Shown: positions 18,528 through 29,576, counted from the stretch's first letter. The stretch: 64,000 bases of DNA from Kaistia sp. (GCA_965227845.1 OZ245770.1:2715017-2779016); one strand, 5' to 3'. Notes: generated by a model not told the origin, from the sequence alone. Made by a program: numbers and translations.

Positions 18528-20563
18528 GCACCGCTTCCATGAGCGCCGCCCCCCTGTCCGAAACTTCCCCCGTCGTCCATGCCCTGTTCGGCCGCTTGAC
18601 GCTCGACCAGTTGCCGCTGCACGAACCGATCGTCGTCGGCACCTTCGTCGTCGTCGCGGCCGTCGGCCTCGCCGTCCTCGCCGCCATCACCTATTTCAAG
18701 CTCTGGGGCTATCTCTGGCGCGAGTGGTTCACGAGCGTCGACCACAAGCGCATCGGCATCATGTACATGGTGCTCGGCATCATCATGCTGCTGCGGGGCT
18801 TCGCCGACGCGATCATGATGCGCCTGCAGCAGTCGCTCGCCTTCAATGGCAGCGAAGGCTATCTCAACGCCCATCACTACGACCAGATCTTCACCGCCCA
18901 TGGCGTGATCATGATCTTCTTCGTGGCGATGCCGCTCGTCACCGGCCTCATGAACTTCGTTGTGCCGCTGCAGATCGGCGCGCGCGACGTCTCGTTCCCG
19001 TTCCTCAATAATTTCAGCTTCTGGATGACCGCCGCCGGCGCCGTCATCGTGATGATGTCGCTGTTCATCGGCGAGTTCGCCCGCACCGGCTGGCTCGCCT
19101 ATCCGCCGCTGTCCAATATCGGCTACAGCCCGGATGTCGGCGTCGACTACTATATCTGGGCGCTGCAGGTGGCCGGCGTCGGGACGCTGCTGTCCGGCGT
19201 CAACCTCATCTGCACCATCGTCAAGATGCGCGCCCCCGGCATGACGATGATGAAGATGCCGGTCTTCACCTGGACCGCACTCTGCACCAACGTGCTCATC
19301 GTCGCCGCCTTCCCCGTGCTCACGGCTGTGCTGGCGCTGCTCTCGCTCGACCGCTATGTCGGCACCAACTTCTTCACGAACGACTTCGGCGGCAACCCGA
19401 TGATGTACGTGAACCTGATCTGGATCTGGGGCCATCCCGAGGTCTACATCCTGATCCTTCCCGTCTTCGGTATCTTCTCGGAGGTGGTGTCGACCTTTTC
19501 CGGCAAGCGACTCTTCGGCTATACGTCGATGGTCTATGCCACGGTCGTGATCACCGTTCTCTCCTACCTCGTCTGGCTGCATCACTTCTTCACGATGGGC
19601 TCCGGCGCCAGCGTCAACTCGTTCTTCGGCATCACGACGATGATCATCTCGATCCCGACGGGCGCGAAGATGTTCAACTGGCTGTTCACGATGTATCGCG
19701 GCCGCATCCGCTTCGAGCTGCCGATGATGTGGACGATGGCCTTCATGCTGACCTTCGTCATCGGCGGCATGACCGGCGTGCTGCTCGCCGTGCCGCCGGC
19801 CGACTTCGTGCTGCACAACTCGCTGTTCCTCGTCGCCCACTTCCACAATGTCATCATCGGCGGCGTGCTGTTCGGCCTCTTCGCCGGCATCAACTACTGG
19901 TTCCCGAAGGCGTTCGGCTTCACGCTCGACAAGTTCTGGGGCAAGCTGTCGTTCTGGTTCTGGGTCGTCGGCTTCTACTTCGCCTTCATGCCGCTCTATG
20001 TGCTCGGCCTGATGGGCGTCACGCGGCGGCTTCGCGTCTTCGAGGATCCCTCACTGCAGATCTGGTTCGTGATCGCGGCCTTCGGCGCCGCCCTGATCGC
20101 GCTCGGCATCCTGTTCTTCATTGTCCAGATCGCCGTCAGCATCAAGAACCGCGCCCGCCTCGTCGACGTCACCGGCGATCCCTGGAACGGCCGCACGCTC
20201 GAATGGGCGACGTCCTCGCCGCCGCCGGACTACAACTTCGCGTTCACGCCGGTCGTGCATGACAACGACGCCTGGTGGGACATGAAGAACCGCGGCTATG
20301 AGCGCCCGCTCGGCGGGTTCAAGCCGATCCTGATGCCGCGCAATACCGGCGCCGGCATCATGCTCGCCGGGCTCAGCATCGCGCTCGCCTTCGGTCTCAT
20401 CTGGTACATCTGGTGGCTGGCCGCCGTGAGCTTCGTCGGCCTCCTGGCGGTGGCGATCGGCCATACCTTCAACTATGCCCGCGACTTCCGGATTCCGGCC
20501 GAGACGATCCTCGCAACCGAGACGACGCGGACCCGCCTCCTCGCCGGCAAGGTGACGACATGA
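18524..20563 (+). CDS. cyoB: Cytochrome bo3 ubiquinol oxidase subunit I
   Basis: [53 protein letters not shown]. Confidence 0.97.
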   Translation: MSTASMSAAPLSETSPVVHALFGRLTLDQLPLHEPIVVGTFVVVAAVGLAVLAAITYFKLWGYLWREWFTSVDHKRIGIMYMVLGIIMLLRGFADAIMMRLQQSLAFNGSEGYLNAHHYDQIFTAHGVIMIFFVAMPLVTGLMNFVVPLQIGARDVSFPFLNNFSFWMTAAGAVIVMMSLFIGEFARTGWLAYPPLSNIGYSPDVGVDYYIWALQVAGVGTLLSGVNLICTIVKMRAPGMTMMKMPVFTWTALCTNVLIVAAFPVLTAVLALLSLDRYVGTNFFTNDFGGNPMMYVNLIWIWGHPEVYILILPVFGIFSEVVSTFSGKRLFGYTSMVYATVVITVLSYLVWLHHFFTMGSGASVNSFFGITTMIISIPTGAKMFNWLFTMYRGRIRFELPMMWTMAFMLTFVIGGMTGVLLAVPPADFVLHNSLFLVAHFHNVIIGGVLFGLFAGINYWFPKAFGFTLDKFWGKLSFWFWVVGFYFAFMPLYVLGLMGVTRRLRVFEDPSLQIWFVIAAFGAALIALGILFFIVQIAVSIKNRARLVDVTGDPWNGRTLEWATSSPPPDYNFAFTPVVHDNDAWWDMKNRGYERPLGGFKPILMPRNTGAGIMLAGLSIALAFGLIWYIWWLAAVSFVGLLAVAIGHTFNYARDFRIPAETILATETTRTRLLAGKVTT

Positions 20564-21189
20564 GCAATCCAAGCCTGACCACCGCGAGCGGCGCGCCGAT
20601 CTTCCATCTCGCCGACGAGCACGAGCATGCCGAAGGCGGCAGCACCATGCTCGGCTTCTGGATCTACCTGATGAGCGACTGCCTCATCTTCGCGATCCTC
20701 TTCGCCACCTTCGGCGTGCTCGGCGGCAGCTATGCTGCCGGCCCCGGCCCGAAGGACCTCTTCGACCTGCCGCTGGTCGCGCTCAACACCGCGATGCTTC
20801 TGTTCTCCTCGATCACCTATGGCTTCGCCATGCTGGCGATGCAGCGGGGCAACGCGCGGCAGGTCCAGGCCTGGCTCGCCGTTACGGGCCTCTTCGGCCT
20901 CGCCTTCCTGTCGATCGAGCTCTACGAGTTCAGCCACATGATCATGGAGGGCGCGACACCGCAGCGCAGCGCCTTCCTGTCGTCCTTCTTCACTCTGGTC
21001 GGCACGCATGGACTGCACGTCACCTTCGGCCTGATCTGGCTGGTGACGCTGATGGTGCAGGTCGGGCGGCGCGGCCTCATTCCCGCCAACCAGCGCCGGC
21101 TGACCTGCCTCAGCATGTTCTGGCACTTCCTCGACGTCATCTGGATCGGCGTCTTCACCTTCGTCTATCTGATGGGAATGCTGCGATGA
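20560..21189 (+). CDS. cyoC: Cytochrome bo3 ubiquinol oxidase subunit III
   Basis: [31 protein letters not shown]; ATGA overlap with cyoB. Confidence 0.95.
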   Translation: MSNPSLTTASGAPIFHLADEHEHAEGGSTMLGFWIYLMSDCLIFAILFATFGVLGGSYAAGPGPKDLFDLPLVALNTAMLLFSSITYGFAMLAMQRGNARQVQAWLAVTGLFGLAFLSIELYEFSHMIMEGATPQRSAFLSSFFTLVGTHGLHVTFGLIWLVTLMVQVGRRGLIPANQRRLTCLSMFWHFLDVIWIGVFTFVYLMGMLR

Positions 21190-21587
21190 GCTCGACTGCA
21201 CACCCCGCCGCCGCCCACCCCGCCCATGATCACGGCCACGATGGCGGCCATGACGGCGCCGCGCATCCGCATGGCAGCCTCAAGAGCTACACGATCGGCT
21301 TCGTGCTCTCGGTCATCCTGACGGCGATCCCGTTCTGGCTGGTCATGAGCGGCACGCTGCCGACGCAGCTGACCGCGATGGCGATCATCGCCTTCGCGGT
21401 GGTGCAGATCGTCGTGCACATGGTGTTCTTCCTGCACATGACGGTGAAGACCGAAGGCGGCTGGTCGATGATGGCGCTCATCTTCACGCTGATCCTCGTC
21501 GTGATCGCGCTCAGCGGCTCGCTGTGGGTCATGTATCACCTCAACAGCAACATGATGCCCGGCCACGACATGAGCCAGATGCCGTGA
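21186..21587 (+). CDS. cyoD: Cytochrome bo3 ubiquinol oxidase subunit IV (His-rich N-terminus)
   Basis: YTIGFVLSVILTAIPF, QIVVHMVFFLHM, GSLWVMYHLN. Confidence 0.95.
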   Translation: MSSTAHPAAAHPAHDHGHDGGHDGAAHPHGSLKSYTIGFVLSVILTAIPFWLVMSGTLPTQLTAMAIIAFAVVQIVVHMVFFLHMTVKTEGGWSMMALIFTLILVVIALSGSLWVMYHLNSNMMPGHDMSQMP

Positions 21588-21591
21588 GGCG

Positions 21592-22386
21592 GTGACCGTG
21601 ACGAAGACGGACGGCACGCCGCCTGAGCGATCGCGGCGCGGCATCACGGCGCTGATCGTCGCTGGCTGCTGCGCCGTGCTGCTGCTCGCCGGCCTCGGCG
21701 TCTGGCAATTGCAGCGCCGCGCCTGGAAGCTGGAACTCATCCAGCAGGTCGAGACGCGGGCCGACGCAGCGCCGGTCGCAGCGCCGGGACCCGACGAATG
21801 GCCGGCGCTGACGGCAGCGAACGACGCCTATCGCCGGGTCGTCGTCTCGGGCCGCTTCCTCAACGATCGCGAAACCCTCGTCCAGGCCGTCACCGAGCGC
21901 GGCGCCGGCTTCTGGGTGCTGACGCCGATGGCGACCGACTGGGGCTTCACCGTCCTGGTCAATCGCGGCTTCGTCCCGGCCGACCGGCGCGACGCCGCCA
22001 GCCGAACCGCCGGCCAGATCGAGGGTGACACGGCGCTCGCGGGCCTGCTCAGGATGCCGGAACCGGGGGGTGCATTTCTCCGCGCCAACGATCCCGCCGC
22101 CGATCGCTGGTATTCGCGAGATGTCGCGGCCATCGCGCAAGCAAGGGGTCTTACAGCCGTTGCGCCCTATTTCGTCGATGCCGACGCGACCGAGAACGAA
22201 GGCGGGCTGCCGATCGGCGGGCTCACCGTCATCCGCTTTCCCAACAACCACCTCGTCTATGCGCTGACCTGGTTCGCCATGGCGGCGCTGCTCGCCGGCG
22301 GCCTCGTCCATGTCATCAGGGCCGAACGGCGACGGTCGCATCCGGCCGCGCCGACCGAAACCAGCCCGGCCTCGCTCAACCGGTAA
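21592..22386 (+). CDS. SURF1 family protein
   Basis: LGVWQLQRRAWK, VNRGFVP, NNHLVYALTWF. Confidence 0.92.
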   Translation: MTVTKTDGTPPERSRRGITALIVAGCCAVLLLAGLGVWQLQRRAWKLELIQQVETRADAAPVAAPGPDEWPALTAANDAYRRVVVSGRFLNDRETLVQAVTERGAGFWVLTPMATDWGFTVLVNRGFVPADRRDAASRTAGQIEGDTALAGLLRMPEPGGAFLRANDPAADRWYSRDVAAIAQARGLTAVAPYFVDADATENEGGLPIGGLTVIRFPNNHLVYALTWFAMAALLAGGLVHVIRAERRRSHPAAPTETSPASLNR

Positions 22387-23122
22387 AGACGGTGGCGAGA
22401 TCGACCGGCGCCAGGGGCCGCTCGAGCAGCACGAGTTCGGATTCGATCTCGTCGATATGCTGCGCCATCGCGGCTGCGAAACCGTCGGCATCGCGGCGCT
22501 CGAGCAGATAGACCAGATGCTGGTGGCTGACATGCGAGCAGAGCTCGGCATTCGGCCGCTCATAGATCGCCGTGATCAGGGCCGAGCGCGACAGCAATTC
22601 CTCGACATAGCCGGTGAGCACGCTGTTGCCGGCGAGCCGTGCGATCAAGAGGTGGAAGTCGTGGCTGGTCTTCAGTTCGGTCCGACGATCGCCCCGCTGC
22701 TCGGCGCGTTGCTCACGCAGGATATGCGCCTTCAGCTGCTTGAGCGCGCGATCGTCGAGCGCTTCGACGACCTGCCGCGCCAGCGATACCTCGATCAGCC
22801 GCCGCGCGGCGAAAACCTCGCGGGCATCGCGGATCGAGGGCTGGGCGACGAAGGCGCCGCGATTGCGTTCGAGGGTCACGACACGGTCGCGCGCGAGATG
22901 CTGGAACACCGTGCGGATGCGGGCGCGGGTGACGCGGAAGATTTCGGCGAGCTGCTCCTCGGCGAGCTTGGTGCCGGGCGGCAGGCGGCGCTCGGCGATC
23001 GCGAGATGGATCGCGTCATAGACCCGCGTCTCGTCGTCCGGCTTCGTCCGGCGCGCCTTTCCGATCGCCGGCGGCGAGGCTGCCGGCTCTGCTTCGATGG
23101 GTTCGGCGCGCGAAGGGGGCAT
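22376..23122 (-). CDS. GntR family (FadR/FCD) transcriptional regulator
   Basis: RLPPGTKLAEEQLAEIFRVTRARIR wHTH, RGAFVA, HDFHLLIARLAGN FCD domain. Start set at ATG 23122, just after the upstream gene. Confidence 0.9.
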   Translation of the reverse strand: MPPSRAEPIEAEPAASPPAIGKARRTKPDDETRVYDAIHLAIAERRLPPGTKLAEEQLAEIFRVTRARIRTVFQHLARDRVVTLERNRGAFVAQPSIRDAREVFAARRLIEVSLARQVVEALDDRALKQLKAHILREQRAEQRGDRRTELKTSHDFHLLIARLAGNSVLTGYVEELLSRSALITAIYERPNAELCSHVSHQHLVYLLERRDADGFAAAMAQHIDEIESELVLLERPLAPVDLATVFTG

Positions 23123-23126
23123 GGAC

Positions 23127-24008
23127 CTAGACTGCGAGATCGGGACGGCCGTGAATGAATTCGGCGATTCGCCCGGGGGTGGTAAGCCAGCAATCATGCC
23201 GCCGCGCGGCGATATGGTCGAGGGCCCGCGACAGTGCCCTGAGGCGAAAGGGCTGGCCGGAAATGAAGGAATGCACGACCACAGCCATCACCAGCGGCTG
23301 ATCGCTGCTCGACGAGAGCATCTCGTCGAACTGGTCGATGATCATGCGCTCGAAATCGGTTGCGCTCGCCTGACGGCCGATCACCGTGCTGCTGTCGTTG
23401 AGCTCCAGCGCATAGGGGATATGCAGCAGCGGGCCGCGGGCTGTCGCGAGCCAGACCGGCTGGTCGTCCATGCCGAGATCGAGCACATAGCGATAGCCGG
23501 TCTCGACGAGCGATTCCGGCGTCGTCTCGGTGTGGGCGAGCCAGGGGCTCGACCAGCCGGCGGGCGGCGCGCCCTCGACGGCCGCGATGCGCGCGGCAAC
23601 GGCGGCGAGATAGGCGCGCTCGTCCTCTGCCGTGCGGCCGGCGAGCGTGTCGGAATTGGTGAGGCCATGGCCGACGATCTCCGCGCCCGCAGCGCGGGCA
23701 TGGTCCATCAGCGACGGAGCGTGATCATAGACCTCGGTGTTGAGCAGGATGGCGAGCGGGATGTCGTGCGCGGCAAAGCGGTCGATGAGGCGGAAGCCGC
23801 CGACGCGGTTGCCATAGTCGCGCCAGGAGGTGTTGGCGAAATCCGGCTTGCTGGCGCCGGGGAACAGATCCTCGGTGAGGCCCTCGCCGAAGACATATTC
23901 CTCGATGCCGAGCGCGAAATAGACCGCGAGGCGGGCGCCGTTCGGCCAGGCATAATCGGGCCGGCGCGTGATCGGCGCGTAGGCGTAGCGGGTCTGGCTG
24001 GTGAGCAT
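23127..24008 (-). CDS. Polysaccharide deacetylase (CE4) family, PuuE-like hydrolase
   Basis: WPNGARLAV, SWRDYGNRVG, EIVGHG, GWSSPW, DDQP, HSFISGQPFR. Confidence 0.85.
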   Translation of the reverse strand: MLTSQTRYAYAPITRRPDYAWPNGARLAVYFALGIEEYVFGEGLTEDLFPGASKPDFANTSWRDYGNRVGGFRLIDRFAAHDIPLAILLNTEVYDHAPSLMDHARAAGAEIVGHGLTNSDTLAGRTAEDERAYLAAVAARIAAVEGAPPAGWSSPWLAHTETTPESLVETGYRYVLDLGMDDQPVWLATARGPLLHIPYALELNDSSTVIGRQASATDFERMIIDQFDEMLSSSSDQPLVMAVVVHSFISGQPFRLRALSRALDHIAARRHDCWLTTPGRIAEFIHGRPDLAV

Positions 24009-24013
24009 GGCGA

Positions 24014-25525
24014 TCAGTTCCGGGAGGGATCGAGGCGGCGGTTGAAGCCGATATCGCGGGCATGCGCCTTCAGCACCATGGCGCGATAGGCCGGGGCCCA
24101 GTCGGCGGCTTCGCGCTCGGCGATGGCAAGCGCCGCGCGCTTTTCGGCGAAGATCGTGCGCGCCTCGGCCCGCAGCGCCTTTTCGTCGACTGTGGTGACG
24201 CGCTCGCCGTCATAGACGACGGCACCGGCGACCATGGTCAGGCGGACCGAGGATCCGTTCTCGCAATGGACGAGCTGGCGGCCGATATCGTTGAGCGGCG
24301 TAAAGGCGAGCGTATCGAGGTCGAGGATCGTCAGGTCGGCCAGGCGACCGGGCGCGATGGTGCCGAGCGTCTCCGCCGCGCCCATGGCGCGGGCGCCGCC
24401 GCGGATCAGGCAGTCGAGCACCTCATGTGCCTTCGGCCATACCGCGTAATCCGGATCGGTGAGCGTATGCAGCAGCGCCGCCGTCTTGGCGACCGCCCAC
24501 ATGTTGACCGCATCGTCGGCGATCGCCTCGTCGGTGCCGAGGCAGATCGGAATGCCGCGTTCCCTGAGGGCGCGGAACGGCATGATGCCGCTGCCGAGGC
24601 GAAGGTTGGAGATCGGATTATGCGCGACGACCGTCCCCGCATCGGCGATGAGGTCCATGTCGGCCTCGTCGATCCAGATGCCGTGGATGAGGTTCATCCG
24701 CTCCGACAGGAAGCCGAGATCGGCGGTGTAGCGCACCAGTGAGCGGCCGCCGAGTTTCTCGGTTCCGAGGACGCGCTGGACCTTGGTTTCGAGCATATGG
24801 GCGTAGAAAGGCAGGTCGTGCCGGCGCGAGAGGTCGTCGAGCGCCGCGAAGTAATCGAGCGAGACGCGCTGCGGCGCCGAGCAGGAGACCGCCGCCTTGA
24901 TCCGGCCGCCGGCACGGCCATGCCAGGTCGCGATCATCCGCTCATAGGCGGCGAGCAGCGCCTCGGCGCCGAATTCCGGCGGCGCGGCGAGGCGGGCCTT
25001 CTGCGCCGGGGTGACCAGATCGTCGATGAAGGGCAGCTTGCCGAGCTCGGGCATATCCGACTGGTCGAGCGCGAGCCGAGCGCGGATGCCGACATCCTCA
25101 TAGGCCTGGAACACCGCGTCGACGATCTCGGGCGTCGGATGCGGGACGAAGAAGGCATCGTCCTGGACCGCCGTGACGCCGCTCCTCAGCATTTCGAGCG
25201 CCGCCAGCATGGTCCGCACATAGGCCTCGCGCGGCGTCGGCAGCAGCGCCGCCAGCGACGGGCTCTCATAGAGCATGAAGACTTCGAGCGGCAGGCTGTC
25301 GAGCATGCCCTTCATGTGGTTGACGGGCGAATGGAAATGGGCGTTGACGAGGCCGGGCATGACCAGCCGGCCGCCGGCCGCGATGACGGTCTCGCCGGGA
25401 AGAGGGTCGAGCCTTTGCTCGACCGCGGCGATGCGGTCGCCGACGACGCGGATATCAGCGCGGCGCATCGAGACGCCGCCCTCGATCACGTCGAGAACCG
25501 CGCCGCCTTCGATCAAGATGCTCAT
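24014..25525 (-). CDS. Metal-dependent amidohydrolase (TRZ/ATZ / deaminase-like)
   Basis: MPGLVNAHFH, HMLET, LIHGIW, AHNPISNLRLGSG, LGTDE. Confidence 0.88.
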   Translation of the reverse strand: MSILIEGGAVLDVIEGGVSMRRADIRVVGDRIAAVEQRLDPLPGETVIAAGGRLVMPGLVNAHFHSPVNHMKGMLDSLPLEVFMLYESPSLAALLPTPREAYVRTMLAALEMLRSGVTAVQDDAFFVPHPTPEIVDAVFQAYEDVGIRARLALDQSDMPELGKLPFIDDLVTPAQKARLAAPPEFGAEALLAAYERMIATWHGRAGGRIKAAVSCSAPQRVSLDYFAALDDLSRRHDLPFYAHMLETKVQRVLGTEKLGGRSLVRYTADLGFLSERMNLIHGIWIDEADMDLIADAGTVVAHNPISNLRLGSGIMPFRALRERGIPICLGTDEAIADDAVNMWAVAKTAALLHTLTDPDYAVWPKAHEVLDCLIRGGARAMGAAETLGTIAPGRLADLTILDLDTLAFTPLNDIGRQLVHCENGSSVRLTMVAGAVVYDGERVTTVDEKALRAEARTIFAEKRAALAIAEREAADWAPAYRAMVLKAHARDIGFNRRLDPSRN

Positions 25526-26292
25526 GCGTGGTTCTCCAACGCAGCCGGTTCCGAAAAGCCGGCAAAGGGACCCGTGAAGACCTTAGCCAGCGGGCTCGCG
25601 TAGCTCGACCGCTTCGAGGTCGCGAGGCCGCAGCGCACCAACCCCTCCGCCATGGTGACGGCGACGGCGACGCCGTCGATCACGGGAACGCCGAGTTCCG
25701 CCGACAGCGCCGATGCGAGATGGCCGATGCCGGCGCAGCCGAGCACGATCGCCTCGGCGCCGTCCTGTTCGACGGCGAGCCGCGCCTGCACCGCGAGGGC
25801 ATCTGCCACTGCCGCTTCCTCGTCGGCGCCGAAGAGAACCGGCACGTCGATGGCACGGATCGGCAGCGAGCGGCCAGCGGCATCGAGACCCAGACTGCGC
25901 ACGACGCGATGGGCGTGGATTCGGGTGCGGGCCGGCAGCGTGACGATCGAGAAGGTCTCGGCCAGAAGCGCCGCCGCGAACAGCGCCGCTTCCGTCATGC
26001 CGACAACCGGGCCGCGCGCGATCTCGCGCGCCGCCGCAATGCCGGTGTCGCCGAAGCAGGCGATGACATAGCCGTCGATACCCTCGGCCTCGCCGCGCCG
26101 AACGGCCTCGACGACGCCGAGGGTCGCCACCGCGTCGTCGAGATGACACTCGACCGAGGGCACGCCGAAGGCCGGGGCGACGGTGGTGACCATCGTGCCG
26201 GCGGCTGCAACGGCCGCACCGGCCTGCTGGTCGGCGGCGCTGAAGGCTGCCGTCGTATTGGGATTGATGATCCGGATCTGCATCGAAGGCAT
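25522..26292 (-). CDS. Asp/Glu/hydantoin racemase family protein (allantoin/hydantoin racemase-like)
   Basis: IRIINPNTT, IACFGDTG and VLGCAG (two catalytic Cys), PVIDGV; GGGAGG SD. Confidence 0.9.
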   Translation of the reverse strand: MPSMQIRIINPNTTAAFSAADQQAGAAVAAAGTMVTTVAPAFGVPSVECHLDDAVATLGVVEAVRRGEAEGIDGYVIACFGDTGIAAAREIARGPVVGMTEAALFAAALLAETFSIVTLPARTRIHAHRVVRSLGLDAAGRSLPIRAIDVPVLFGADEEAAVADALAVQARLAVEQDGAEAIVLGCAGIGHLASALSAELGVPVIDGVAVAVTMAEGLVRCGLATSKRSSYASPLAKVFTGPFAGFSEPAALENHA

Positions 26293-26363
26293 CGCCTCCC
26301 GCTTCTTCTTGGTCTCGGGAACGCCCGCTCCCGCCGCGATCGCAGGGGAGCGGGCGGCAGGGG

Positions 26364-27560
26364 TCAGGCGTTCTTGAACTTCGCCACGGCGCCTTCGTAG
26401 TGCTCCATGCTCTTGAACCAGCCGGGATCCCAGAACAGGTCCTTGGCGAATTTGGTCCCGAGCTTGGCCTTGGCGCCCTCGATCGCGGCGATGTCGGTCT
26501 CTTTCCAGCCATGCGCCTTCGCATAGGCGATGCCGAGATCGGGCCGCGCGGTGACATAGCCTTCGAAGGCCGATTTTTCGGCGCTGTACTGGGCGCCCAT
26601 CAGGAAGTCGATCAGCGCATGTGCCTTGTCGGAGGCGCCGCGATCCATGACCTGGGCCGGGATCATGACGTTCTGGGCCCATTTGTCGTAGCCCTCGACC
26701 GTGTAGGCATAGGCGACGTCGAGGCCCTTGCCCTTGGCCTCGATCGCGGCTGGCTCCCAGCAGCTCTGCGCCAGCACTTCGCGATTGGCGAGCAGCTGAA
26801 CCTGCTCGTCATAGGACTTGTAGAGGGTGCGGAACTGGCCGGCCTTCTTGCGCTCGATCAGATAGGCGGCGACGGAATCGGCCTCGCTGGCCGACATGTC
26901 CGCGATGTCCTTGATCGAAACGATCTTGTGATAGTCGAGATAGATGGCGCAGCAGAGGATGGCGTAGATGCCGTTGTCGAGCGCGACCTTCCCCTTGGTC
27001 CGCTCGTCGTCATAGAGGATCTTCCACGACACCTCCTGCGGCGCGTCGGGCTCGCCGAGTTCCTTGTAGAAATAGGCGAAGCTGTCGGCGTTGATCATGA
27101 ACGGGATCGACCACGCCTCGCCCGGCGCCTTGAGCGGCGTCGCCTTCTGCAGCGCGGCGTCCATGCCGGACCAGTTGGTGAGCTTGGCGGTGTCGATCGG
27201 CGCCAGCAGGCCCTGGTCGGCCAGAGCCTCATAGGTTCCGGAGAGGCTGGTGACGAGGTCGTAGCGCTCGCCGGCATCGTTGGCCATCATCTCGTGCAGG
27301 AAGATGCCGACGTCGTCGCCGATCGGCGTCCACTCGACGGTGAGGCCGGTCTTGGCGGTGAACTCGTCCCAGCTCTTCGGCGGGCCGTTGGAGACGCCAA
27401 GGACGCGCACGACATTGTCCGAGCCATCGGCGGCCATCGCCCTGCCGATCGAGCGCGGCGCGAGCGTGAAGCCGGCCGCGGCCGCGCTCATCGCGAGGCC
27501 GGCATTCTTCATGAAGTCGCGGCGGTTGAAGCCGCGCTTCGGCATCCAGAGTTTCGACAT
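26364..27560 (-). CDS. ABC transporter substrate-binding protein (PotD/PotF-like) with Tat signal
   Basis: FNRRDFMK twin-arginine leader, AAGGAG SD, upstream of hydrolase genes in the ABC operon. Confidence 0.8.
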   Translation of the reverse strand: MSKLWMPKRGFNRRDFMKNAGLAMSAAAAGFTLAPRSIGRAMAADGSDNVVRVLGVSNGPPKSWDEFTAKTGLTVEWTPIGDDVGIFLHEMMANDAGERYDLVTSLSGTYEALADQGLLAPIDTAKLTNWSGMDAALQKATPLKAPGEAWSIPFMINADSFAYFYKELGEPDAPQEVSWKILYDDERTKGKVALDNGIYAILCCAIYLDYHKIVSIKDIADMSASEADSVAAYLIERKKAGQFRTLYKSYDEQVQLLANREVLAQSCWEPAAIEAKGKGLDVAYAYTVEGYDKWAQNVMIPAQVMDRGASDKAHALIDFLMGAQYSAEKSAFEGYVTARPDLGIAYAKAHGWKETDIAAIEGAKAKLGTKFAKDLFWDPGWFKSMEHYEGAVAKFKNA

Positions 27561-27615
27561 CGATCCCACTCCTTTGAGGTTCAGGCGGCCCCCCCGGCCG
27601 CGACTTGGATGGCGC

Positions 27616-28686
27616 TCAGGCATCGGTGCCGAGGGGGCCGATCACGGCCGCCTCGGATCGCCAGACCAAGCTGACGAGGTTGTCGGCCGGGGCTTCGGCC
27701 ATGGTCGCGACGACGGGGCCGAGCGCTGTATCGACGGTCACCTCGACCTCGGTGCCCTTGTAGATCGCGGCCGTGACCCGTCCGGCGAGAAGACCCTGCC
27801 CGACCGAGGGCTCGAGGCGGATCGCGCGCGGATGCAGCGCGAGAAAGCCGCGTGCGCCGATATGCGGCGCGGCGAGGCCGCACCAGCGGCCGGTGAAGCG
27901 ATGGCTGCCAACGGCGAGGACGACCGCATCGCCGGCAATCTCGATTACTTCGCCGGCAAATATCGTGCGGTGACCCATGAAATCGGCGACGAACCGTGTG
28001 GCCGGGCTCTCGAACACGTCGCGCGGGCTGCCGATCTGCTCGATCCTGCCGCGATTCATCACGACGATCCGATCGCTCATGGTCAGCGCCTCTTCCTGGC
28101 TGTGCGTTACCTGGATGAAGGTCGTGCCGAGGGTGCGCTGCAGGGCGCGGACCTCGACCTGCATGTCGCGGCGGAGCTTCTCGTCGAGCGCGCCCATCGG
28201 TTCGTCGAGCAGGAGGATGCGCGGTGCGGTGACGAAGGCGCGGGCGAAGGCGACGCGTTGCTTCTCGCCGCCCGAGAGCTGGCTGATCCGCCGCCCGGCC
28301 TTGTCCGGCAGGCGGACGAGGGCGAGCGACCGCTCGGCGCGCTGCCGCCGCTCGGCCGCAGCGACCTTGCGCAGCTTCAGGCCGTATTCGACATTCTCGC
28401 CGACGCTCATATGCGGAAACAGCGCGTAGTGCTGGAACACCGTAGCGACCGGCCGGTGGTTCGCCGGCAGGCCGCGCATGTCGACGCCACCGATCGAAAG
28501 TTCCGCTGCCGCCGAGGCTTCCTCGAAGCCGCCGATGAGGCGCAGCAGCGTCGTCTTGCCGGAGCCGGATGGCCCGAGAATGGTCAGGAATTCGCCGTCC
28601 GCCACGGTGAGCGAGACATGGTCGAGGGCGAGCGTACCGCCGAAGCGGTGGACGAGGTCGCGAATGGCGAGCGCCGGCTGGGTCAT
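27616..28686 (-). CDS. ABC transporter ATP-binding protein (PotA-like, TOBE domain)
   Basis: GPSGSGKTT, VFQHYALFPH, LSGGEKQR, LLDEPMGALD, VTHSQEEA. Confidence 0.93.
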   Translation of the reverse strand: MTQPALAIRDLVHRFGGTLALDHVSLTVADGEFLTILGPSGSGKTTLLRLIGGFEEASAAAELSIGGVDMRGLPANHRPVATVFQHYALFPHMSVGENVEYGLKLRKVAAAERRQRAERSLALVRLPDKAGRRISQLSGGEKQRVAFARAFVTAPRILLLDEPMGALDEKLRRDMQVEVRALQRTLGTTFIQVTHSQEEALTMSDRIVVMNRGRIEQIGSPRDVFESPATRFVADFMGHRTIFAGEVIEIAGDAVVLAVGSHRFTGRWCGLAAPHIGARGFLALHPRAIRLEPSVGQGLLAGRVTAAIYKGTEVEVTVDTALGPVVATMAEAPADNLVSLVWRSEAAVIGPLGTDA

Positions 28687-29576
28687 GGGGTCTCCTTGCC
28701 GCGGGCGGCGCGCGACAGCAGCAATACGGCGGCGACCGAGAGGGCGACGCTGACGGCTGCGACCAGGGTGTTGAGGCCGTAGATCAGCGGAATATGCGAG
28801 CTCTGGCCGGCAGCCTCGGCGAAGACGAAGAGCGGCAGCGTCATCGCTCCGCCGCGGATGAAGATCGAGCGCGGCAGTTCGGTCATCGACAAGAGGAAGC
28901 CGAACATCGCGGCCGAGACGATGCCCGGCATCAGCAGCGGCGCCTCGATATCGACGAAGGCGCGCCAGCGCGAGGCGCCGAGATCCGCGGCGGCCTCCAC
29001 CAGCGTGCGGTCGAAGCGCAGCGTCACCACCAGCATCGACAGCAGCGCGAACGGAAAGGCCCAGATGAAATGCGTCAGGATCAGCGACCAGATGCCGGGC
29101 CGGATGCCGAGCAGGCCGCGATAGGCAATGAATTCCTGCACGCCGAGCACGATGCCCGGGATGACCAGCGGCAGCAGGAACACGGCAAGGAGCCGGCCCT
29201 TCGAACGCCCGAGACGCGGCACGAGCCGGCCGACCAGCGTCGCCCCGGCCGCGGAGAGGAGCGCGACGACCAGCGCGATCATCACCGAGAGGCCGAGCGG
29301 CGCCAGCCAGCGGCGATCCTCGAACAATTGCTGATACCAGGCGAGCGTGAAGCCGCCCGGCGTTCCGCTGAGCGGATCGGCACTCACCGAGAGCACGCCG
29401 AGCAGGGCAACCGGCAGCGCGATCAGCAGCGTCACGCCGAGGCCGGCCGCGACCGCGAGCGCAGTGACAGAGCGCACCAGTCGCTGCTCGTGGAGGGCGG
29501 CGCGATGGGCGCGGTCGAGCCGGGGCACGGCCAGGTCGCTGGTGGCGTCGCTCGCAATCCCCTCGCGCGCCGTCAT
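28683..29576 (-). CDS. ABC transporter permease (PotC-like)
   Basis: FTLAWY, LVEAAADLGASRWRAF EAA loop. Confidence 0.9.
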   Translation of the reverse strand: MTAREGIASDATSDLAVPRLDRAHRAALHEQRLVRSVTALAVAAGLGVTLLIALPVALLGVLSVSADPLSGTPGGFTLAWYQQLFEDRRWLAPLGLSVMIALVVALLSAAGATLVGRLVPRLGRSKGRLLAVFLLPLVIPGIVLGVQEFIAYRGLLGIRPGIWSLILTHFIWAFPFALLSMLVVTLRFDRTLVEAAADLGASRWRAFVDIEAPLLMPGIVSAAMFGFLLSMTELPRSIFIRGGAMTLPLFVFAEAAGQSSHIPLIYGLNTLVAAVSVALSVAAVLLLSRAARGKETP

